Source of the DNA: an uncultured Nitrososphaerales archaeon
GTDB lineage: Archaea; Thermoproteota; Nitrososphaeria; Nitrososphaerales; Nitrososphaeraceae
Assembly (NCBI GenBank): GCA_963713605.1
Contig: CAVQMO010000003.1
Location: forward strand, 320,001-384,000
Direction: 5' to 3'
Length of the DNA stretch: 64,000 nucleotides
In this document: positions 57,186-64,000 of the stretch, one piece after another
Layout of the letters: each line of letters opens with the position of its first letter
Numbering within the stretch: position 1 is the stretch's first letter
Notes under the pieces: model-generated
The model's input: only the letters and a program-made list of their open reading frames with translations
What the model was told of the DNA's origin: nothing
The model's database searches: none
Program-made: the position numbers and the translations under genes

Positions 57186-57716
57186 ATGCCTTCGAGAGGA
57201 TACGAGACAATAGGATTGAAGCCTGCGATCCTTCAGAGACTGCAGGCATTTACTGATGAGCACTATCCAGGAATGTTCCTTCCTAGCGCATTGATAATCA
57301 TGATGAATGAAATAAAACGAGGTCAGTATTCAGTTGAAGTGCACAACCTGAAAATAGATTTCTCTGGCAGGTATTCCTCATTGACCCTCAGATCTGATGT
57401 AAAAGAATGGCTCGTTGAGAATCACAAAAATCTAAAGGAGGAATATAGTCAGAGATATAGGGCGGATAGTTTCACAAAATTCGCTAGTGTATTTATGATA
57501 AATGTCTTCGAATCCAAATCTACGTCTAGAGATTATGTTATCAGACTAAAGGAAGCTGATTTTCGATGGTTAGAGGAGGAATATCAAAAAAGAAGACAGG
57601 AGTACAAGAACCAATTTGGTATTTACAATTTTGAGCGATTTGCTGATCTGTTTCTCAAGGATCTTTTCAATAGAGTTAATGCGGCCAAAAGGATTTTGAC
57701 ATACGAAGAAATTTAA
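57186..57716 (+). CDS. Hypothetical protein
   Basis: 176-aa intact ORF preceded by an AT-rich box; internal repeat-like Y....F..FA segments. Confidence 0.7.
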   Translation: MPSRGYETIGLKPAILQRLQAFTDEHYPGMFLPSALIIMMNEIKRGQYSVEVHNLKIDFSGRYSSLTLRSDVKEWLVENHKNLKEEYSQRYRADSFTKFASVFMINVFESKSTSRDYVIRLKEADFRWLEEEYQKRRQEYKNQFGIYNFERFADLFLKDLFNRVNAAKRILTYEEI

Positions 57717-58073
57717 CCGTCTAAAATCGCTATCTGAAGCATTTGACTGGTAGCAGCGTTTCAACTGTTACCGATCCTGATTTCGACAATCTTGGTCGAT
57801 CAATTTGTTATCCTAAATACCGGCTTTCGTGGGGATTTGCATACTGTTCCCTAATTAGAATAGCTGCAATTGTTTTAATTAAGTCTTGAAAAACCACGAG
57901 GTGCTAGCCATAGAATTAGATCGAACACAAAAGCATTGCAGGGTCGGTATTGATTCGGGCGAAAGAAACGTTAACCTTTATACTCCAATACTTGGGAGCA
58001 AACCATAATTATTCAATAATTTCCTTTTGACCTTGAATTGGAAATGTTTAAGACTAATGAACATTGATAGAGG

Positions 58074-58586
58074 ATGCAGTCTTTGATCCATTTCATCCGA
58101 AATAGACCCCCAAATTCCATCGTTATCAAGGAAGAGATTATAAGAATAATTAACAAAAACAAAAATGATATCCCCGCAGACTATCCAAACTTCTTGGCTA
58201 AAGTCGAAGAAATTCTTTTTCACTTTCCAGAGTATGATCCAGAATGGGCTAATAGAACCGTCTTCCGATTAGCTAAGGTGCAAGTACTAAATCTGGATTA
58301 CGAGGATGCAATCTATTTAGAAAATATATCCCTCCCGGATGTTAAACATGATCTAGATCTTGTTTTGAAAATGCTAAATTATATGCGTGAACAGAAAGGC
58401 TTTGGAAAGGTAAAAATGCCTCTGTTTATCCAGCCAGATGAATTATGTCACGCATATACACTAGGAAAATTCAGTTATGAGACTAAAAATATTGTGTCTC
58501 AGATGGTAGTTGTTTTTCAGAAAGGCTTGGTAGATTACGTCGGGTTTGTATTTGACTTCAAATTTGCCATTCTTGAAGCTCGATAG
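58074..58586 (+). CDS. Hypothetical protein
   Basis: 170-aa intact ORF. Confidence 0.65.
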   Translation: MQSLIHFIRNRPPNSIVIKEEIIRIINKNKNDIPADYPNFLAKVEEILFHFPEYDPEWANRTVFRLAKVQVLNLDYEDAIYLENISLPDVKHDLDLVLKMLNYMREQKGFGKVKMPLFIQPDELCHAYTLGKFSYETKNIVSQMVVVFQKGLVDYVGFVFDFKFAILEAR

Positions 58587-58596
58587 ATTACCTCGC

Positions 58597-59079
58597 TCAT
58601 TTCACTAAGAGTACAGGGCAGTGAGAATGACTAATTAATGCAGAGCTGACACTTCCAACTAGGAGGCGTCTAAAGTTCGATAACCCCCTAGTCCCAGCAG
58701 TTATGAGGTCTATCTGGTTCTTTTGTGCATATTTTGAAATTATGCCTACTATTGATGATCCATCATTTTCTAATATCTCAATCTTACTACTAACTCCATT
58801 CTTCTTTACGTTCTTTTGAATTGGTTCTATCCATTTGTTGGCTTCCTGTGTCTTAGCCTGCAAGAATGCTGACACCATTTTCAGATCACCGTATTTTGCA
58901 CGTAAACCAATAACACCCCCTTGTTTAATATCCGGCAGCACATGCAAAATCACCAACTCTGCCTTTTCCAGCTTGCAAAGATGTATTGCAAAATTAGCAG
59001 CTCTAATTGAGGGGGCTGACCCGTCAGTTGCTACGAGAATGCGTTTAACAGATATGGTGCTTGAGTTGTTCTCGTCCAT
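58597..59079 (-). CDS. Universal stress protein (UspA family)
   Basis: RILVATDGS, GTRGLS...LVGSVS, HCPVLLVK. Confidence 0.92.
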   Translation of the reverse strand: MDENNSSTISVKRILVATDGSAPSIRAANFAIHLCKLEKAELVILHVLPDIKQGGVIGLRAKYGDLKMVSAFLQAKTQEANKWIEPIQKNVKKNGVSSKIEILENDGSSIVGIISKYAQKNQIDLITAGTRGLSNFRRLLVGSVSSALISHSHCPVLLVK

Positions 59080-59361
59080 TAAGTAACTATTCTCTATCTG
59101 AAGTTCTATAAAAATATCATTCTTGAAAATGTAGATTACGTATTCCTTGCAATGATAACAACTTTAACATTATCCATAAAATACTTTCATGCATTTTACT
59201 TGGATTTTTAAACAAGGGCAGGACTTTTATTGTAAGGTGTTGATAGCTGGACACGAAAGATCATTCCGGATTGAAAATAATATTGTTTGTTCAAAAATTC
59301 TATTATGCGATTAAGACCATTGAAATCATTGACCATCGTATTAAACTAGGCCGCCTGATGT

Positions 59362-60796
59362 TCATATTCTGAACAGGGTGTCGACAAGTAACACTACAGT
59401 ACCAGCCAACACAGTAAGAATCATAAATGGAAATCCGACCCTAATGAATCGGTTAAAGGTGATCCCGTAATTGAGCTTTTCAGCTAACCCTACCGCTATG
59501 ATCGCCACGCTAGAACCAATTAATGTCCCGTTACCACCAAAGTTTGCCCCTAAGGATAATGCCCACCACAATGGACTTATATGAAAAGACTCGAATGTAG
59601 AGGCAATAACGGGATTATCGTTAAGTGAATCAATCACTGGTATCATTGTGGCAGTAAATGGAATATTGTCTACGAATGCGCTGGAGAATGCTGACAACCA
59701 TATAATTATTAGAAAAGTAAACCAGGGATCGCCATTTGTTATGTTAATTGCGAGATTTGAAAGTAAAGTTATTAGACCAGATTGTTGGGCGAAGCCTACA
59801 ATAATAAATAGACCTGTAAAAAACAATAACGTCGTCCAATCCACTTCATGTAGTACTTGTTCTGGAGGGCGCCTAGTTATTATAAGCAGAAACGCTGCTC
59901 CACCCAAGGCAATAATCGAGGGTTCAAGGTTAAGGATCCCATGAAATGCAAAAAGTATAATGACACCCACTAGTACTCCAAGTGATTTCTTTAAAGTTTG
60001 GATATCCTTTATATAAGCATACTCATTCTCTCTCATAATTCCGTCGCCCTGATTGATAGTGGATCTTAATTCATTTCTAAACAAATACCTTAGCAAAAGT
60101 AGAGATACGCAAAATGAAATCGCTACTGTAGGACCCATATGTATGATAAATGCGTTAAAATCTATATCTGCAGCTGATCCAATCATGATGTTAGGCGGAT
60201 CGCCTATTAAAGTAGTCTGCTCCTCCTACGTTGGACGCAAGTACCATCGCTATTATAAAGGGGATAGGAGATAACTTGATCGATCTAAATACGGAGACAG
60301 TCACTGGTACCATTAAAAGGACTGTTGTTACGTTGTCTATGAACATCGATATCGTAGCAGTAAAAACACAGAGCAAAATCATTAATTTCCAGAGGTTCCC
60401 TTTCGAGGCCTTTATAGCTTTAATGCCTACGAATTGGAAAATACCAGTGTTTGACATGATGGCTACAATCACCATCATCCCCAACAGAAGTCCGATTGTA
60501 TTAAAATCGATATAACCCAAGATTTGCTCGAAGCCATCTAGCGTTTGGAAATTCCCGACAGTGATGGCAATCGCTATGGCAACCACTGCCCCAAAAAGAG
60601 CAATGGTAGTTCTATGAACCATTTCGAAGGAGAGAACTACATATACGCATAGCAATACTAAAGTGGCCAGTCTTAACTGTAAAGTTATATGAGGTCCTAT
60701 TAATTCAGGTACAAGTAATAGTATGAATGAAAATAGCAGAATTACACAAATACCGATTCTATATTTTATATTCTTAAGAAGATATTTGTTGGTCAA
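59362..60796 (-). CDS. ArsB/NhaD/CitMHS-type ion transporter, +1 frameshift near 60216
   Basis: IDFNTIGLLLGMM, FIDNVTT, ASNVGGA extra base TLIGDPPNIMIG, VDNIPF, GANFGGNGTLIGSS. Confidence 0.88.
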
Positions 60797-61443
60797 ATAG
60801 TAGGCAACCGTAAAAGCATCTTAGGCATATCTGTAAGCTGAATACCAAGGTCATGGTAAAATTTAAACTCCTCATTTAGCATATTCATTAACCCCATCAG
60901 TTCATCTTTCGTAGTATAAATATGCTACGTTGTATTATGTATAATACATATTTGGCTGAAAGTCGAACGATTATTTCAGTCGTAGATTACTTATCTATGT
61001 ACTTCTCTAAATCAAAGCAATAGGCGTATATTATAGTTTTCTAAGCGAATTGCCTCTAATAGTGCCCAATAAAGTTTGTGTTCATAAAAACACTATTTTG
61101 CGCCTCAAAAAAGGTATTGAAATATAGCTTGGATTTTAAGATCCCTTGTTCTGTCAGATCCATAACTAAAAAAATGGCAGGTATAGTTTTTATGAAACAA
61201 GGCCTAACACCCACAAAAAGTAGAATAGAATTTAAGACACAGAAAGCACAGGCTGAATAGTGCATTCAGCTAGCTGTATTTGTCACTTACTGCAGTAAGT
61301 GATACAGATTCGAAATGATACATTTCTAATGGGATTACGCATTCGCAGTATAAAAATAGTAAGGAAACCAAAAAACTCGCCCAAATTCGATCTACTGGTC
61401 TACTTTTAATTTAGTAAACTAGAAGTATAGTATTAAGGATTTA

Positions 61444-61722
61444 ATGTTAGTGAAAAGGTTGGAAAATAAAAAGTTGCCTAAAGTAGTATCAACAAAAGTT
61501 ACCGCTCAAGATTATGATCTTTGTCGGAAAATAGCTCGAGAGTATTACATTGATGAAAAAATTAAGTCTCCGTCAGTTTCAGAGCTAACAAGGTTAGTCT
61601 TATTTAAAGTGTTAGATGCACATCGCACCCACGGTCATTTAGATTTAAGCAGCAATTTCAATAAAATGGTTTGGCCAGCAAAGATAAGGCAATTACTTGT
61701 GAGGTTAGGATTTAGAGTTTAA
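61444..61722 (+). CDS. Small RHH-like DNA-binding protein
   Basis: KVVSTKVTAQDY...PSVSELTR. Confidence 0.55.
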   Translation: MLVKRLENKKLPKVVSTKVTAQDYDLCRKIAREYYIDEKIKSPSVSELTRLVLFKVLDAHRTHGHLDLSSNFNKMVWPAKIRQLLVRLGFRV

Positions 61723-61901
61723 AAACCCTAGGGCTTCATTGTGACACATAATCTGTTCAAAAACTGAATAGTATTAGGGATTCAAAACGTTTGGTTTCAT
61801 AGCAATCTCTTAAATAGAATAAATCAAAGTAATAACTGCTCATTAGTAAGAAGTCAATGAGAACCTTCCTCAAATCGCGAACCCATTAAATAAAGCTAAT
61901 G

Positions 61902-62303
61902 CTAATCAAATAAATTAGAAGGTGGTTCTTCGCTTTGATCAGAATCGTTCATATATCCTATAACAGTATCCGCCACGTCCCCAGTATCCTTCGTACTTGC
62001 TGTTATCACCACTATCATCTTTTGGTCTAGATTTCCACCAGGATACAGGTTAATAAATTTGAATTTGTCATATTCTAGACCGTCCCATCTATGCCGCCCG
62101 AGCAAACTTTCAACGGCTTCCTTTTCAGCAGCCGCAATAGATCTTATGTCGAGAACAGAACTAATCTGTTCGATTTTCGACCTATCGAACTCTGAGCCTG
62201 GTGCAATGAAGAGTTCTGAAATATTCCCGGATCGATCAATTACAAACGCAGCAAAGATATTTTCATCTATCTCTACAAGGTGCTGAACCCTTTCAAACGA
62301 CAT
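61902..62303 (-). CDS. Roadblock/profilin-like hypothetical protein
   Basis: IDENIFAAFVIDRSG...LLGRHRW..LEYDKFKFI; start chosen at 62303 because the track's start lies in a tandem repeat. Confidence 0.6.
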   Translation of the reverse strand: MSFERVQHLVEIDENIFAAFVIDRSGNISELFIAPGSEFDRSKIEQISSVLDIRSIAAAEKEAVESLLGRHRWDGLEYDKFKFINLYPGGNLDQKMIVVITASTKDTGDVADTVIGYMNDSDQSEEPPSNLFD

Positions 62304-62467
62304 TTTGTCCGTTTCTCCGAATACAATCTTTGTGTGAAAGGATTTATGCATTTATGCATTTATGCATTTGCAAAATTATGTCATATGCTCCGCGAACGGC
62401 GAGAGATAGCCTGCTATGCTTAGATGCTGTTCTGTGTATAACTTAATCACATAAACTCTAATACCAT

Positions 62468-62704
62468 TTGGATACCAATTGTATGTGCAAATTGGATATT
62501 GAACAGAAGATACTCGGCCTCCTGCAATCTGTCCCCTCGGATAAATATACAATCCACAGAATGATATCTACTGAATCCATATTTACTATCTCCAAGGCAA
62601 TCAATGACCTTCAACAGCGAGGACAAATTCACGTTGTGAAGTATAGAAAGGATACGAGAATAGGTATTTCTATTCCTTTGTTACTCTGTTCACCCTCGTT
62701 CTGA
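62468..62704 (+). CDS. Small winged-helix-like hypothetical protein
   Basis: IEQKILGLL...ISKAINDLQQRGQI. Confidence 0.4.
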   Translation: MDTNCMCKLDIEQKILGLLQSVPSDKYTIHRMISTESIFTISKAINDLQQRGQIHVVKYRKDTRIGISIPLLLCSPSF

Positions 62705-62744
62705 AAAAGACAATGAATTACAATTTGGAGACTTACTTGAAGGT

Positions 62745-63377
62745 ATGGCGCCTGTTAGATATGCAGAGTACGAATTTGTTTTAAGAAATCTGATAACGCA
62801 AGACATCAAGACAAAAATATTGGATGTGGGTTGTTCAACCTCAGCGTTCTCCAGTAAGATCTCAAAATCCAGTCGCAACGGATGCGAGATCGTTGGTATT
62901 GACATAGTTAAGGAAATAGGTAGTCTTGATTTCCCATTAATATTGATGGACGCAATGAATATCGGTTTTAAGAATAAGACATTTGATCAGGTGATGTGTC
63001 TCAGCACTATGGAACATATCGGGCTTGATCGTGAAGGTGTAAACGCCAAACACAACGATCCTAATAGTGGAATAAATGGCGACGCACTAGCAATGAAAGA
63101 AATTTGGCGTGTACTAAAAAATAAAGGTACTTTAATCCTTACGGTTCCCTGCGGTAGATTAATTATCAAGCAGCAGGGTTATAGAGTCTATCATCAAGAA
63201 TCACTTTCAATATTGACCAATATGTTCTTCGTTGTCAAGAAAGAGTTTTTTTGCCTAAAAAAAGGTAAATGGAGTAGGTGTAATGAACTAGAAGCAAACA
63301 ATTCAATATTGTTAGAGTATTCAAGTCAGAAGTTTCACAGTGACATAATAGCATGTTTACTTTTGGAGAAAAGGTAA
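62745..63377 (+). CDS. Class I SAM-dependent methyltransferase
   Basis: ILDVGC, CLSTMEHIG, EIWRVLKNKGTLILTVP. Confidence 0.88.
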   Translation: MAPVRYAEYEFVLRNLITQDIKTKILDVGCSTSAFSSKISKSSRNGCEIVGIDIVKEIGSLDFPLILMDAMNIGFKNKTFDQVMCLSTMEHIGLDREGVNAKHNDPNSGINGDALAMKEIWRVLKNKGTLILTVPCGRLIIKQQGYRVYHQESLSILTNMFFVVKKEFFCLKKGKWSRCNELEANNSILLEYSSQKFHSDIIACLLLEKR

Positions 63378-63598
63378 GAGGAGGTTGGCTTACTGTTTAA
63401 CTGAAGATACTGCTTAATTTGTGTGCTTATGAAAGAAGTAGCTTAAGGGGTTTACCTAGGGTGTTCAATCTGCTCATTTTGCAGAGTTTTGTCAAGTACT
63501 ATTCACCATGCCATATAGCATTAAAAATATGACTTGGCAATCATAAAGATGAATATGTCAAATCTAATAATACACAAATAATCACAATTTATTTCGTC

Positions 63599-64000
63599 AT
63601 GTTCGACTATAAGGAATCTATAGGATTCTTAACTCATCTACGACACTCATTACTAATTGTGATTGCGGTATTTGGAATCCTTGCACAATTGGCACTATTT
63701 GGTGCATACGAGAATGCAGTAGCGACTTCTAACGATGGTGATGATCAAAAATTAGATATCCAATGCGAGACGGGCAACGAAGATGTATGTCTAATAGCTG
63801 CATGCATGGGTCATCCTTGTGTCTGGTATCAAAATAGTAGCGGTGGCGGAGAACGAAACTTTGATGTTGCCATTACTAAATACACTACGCCCAGTTTGGA
63901 TACTTTGGATGAAGACGTTGTATCGAATGTTATGCAGGTTGATGATGGTTGTACGGAATCAACTTCTAATATCCAATTGATTAGCACTAGCAGAACGGAT
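63599..64000 (+). CDS. Secreted Cys-containing protein, runs off the window end
   Basis: MFDYKESIG...LLIVIAVFGILAQLALFGA...CETGNEDVCLIAACMGHPC; open to 64000. Confidence 0.6.
   Translation, partial: MFDYKESIGFLTHLRHSLLIVIAVFGILAQLALFGAYENAVATSNDGDDQKLDIQCETGNEDVCLIAACMGHPCVWYQNSSGGGERNFDVAITKYTTPSLDTLDEDVVSNVMQVDDGCTESTSNIQLISTSRTD

Noticed and set aside
1983..60796. Programmed ribosomal frameshifting to explain the split genes
   Set aside because: No shared slippery sequence or stimulatory structure; the genes are unrelated; sequencing error is simpler
62342..62369. ATTTATGC x3 tandem repeat as a phase-variation site
   Set aside because: It lies upstream of the more plausible start at 62303; nothing shows it affects the reading frame
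1..64000. tRNA, rRNA or intact IS transposase
   Set aside because: No cloverleaf, rRNA-like GC-rich tract or transposase ORF recognised by eye; tRNAscan-SE/ISEScan would be needed to exclude them

Overview
AT-rich archaeal DNA, inferred to come from a soil ammonia-oxidising archaeon (Nitrososphaeraceae). The evidence is the gene families (F420-type LLM oxidoreductase, stand-alone TRAM, solo receiver domain, double-Lrp, zf-UBP) and TATA boxes about 25 nt upstream of start codons. This is an accessory region with low coding density. It holds two paralogous MFS transporters, redox/detox enzymes, leuC/leuD-family genes, a HerA-like ATPase and many gene fragments. I saw no rRNA, tRNA or CRISPR array. 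Main points of interest: (1) a coupled pair of thymidylate-kinase-like genes, one with a degenerate P-loop, resembling heteromeric archaeal family-3 polyphosphate kinase; (2) a DUF5678-like small protein plus retropepsin-like aspartyl protease pair; (3) a dispersed intergenic hairpin family with core GGTCGTCCTACCT (4 copies); (4) several Cys/His-rich microproteins below the ORF-track cutoff, three with their own TATA boxes; (5) an MFS/double-Lrp/truncated NDP-sugar-dehydrogenase module with a duplicated promoter motif; (6) about 11 single-base +1 insertions, mostly at GCNGC, that look like systematic sequencing errors. All family assignments are from motif recognition by eye; no searches were run.
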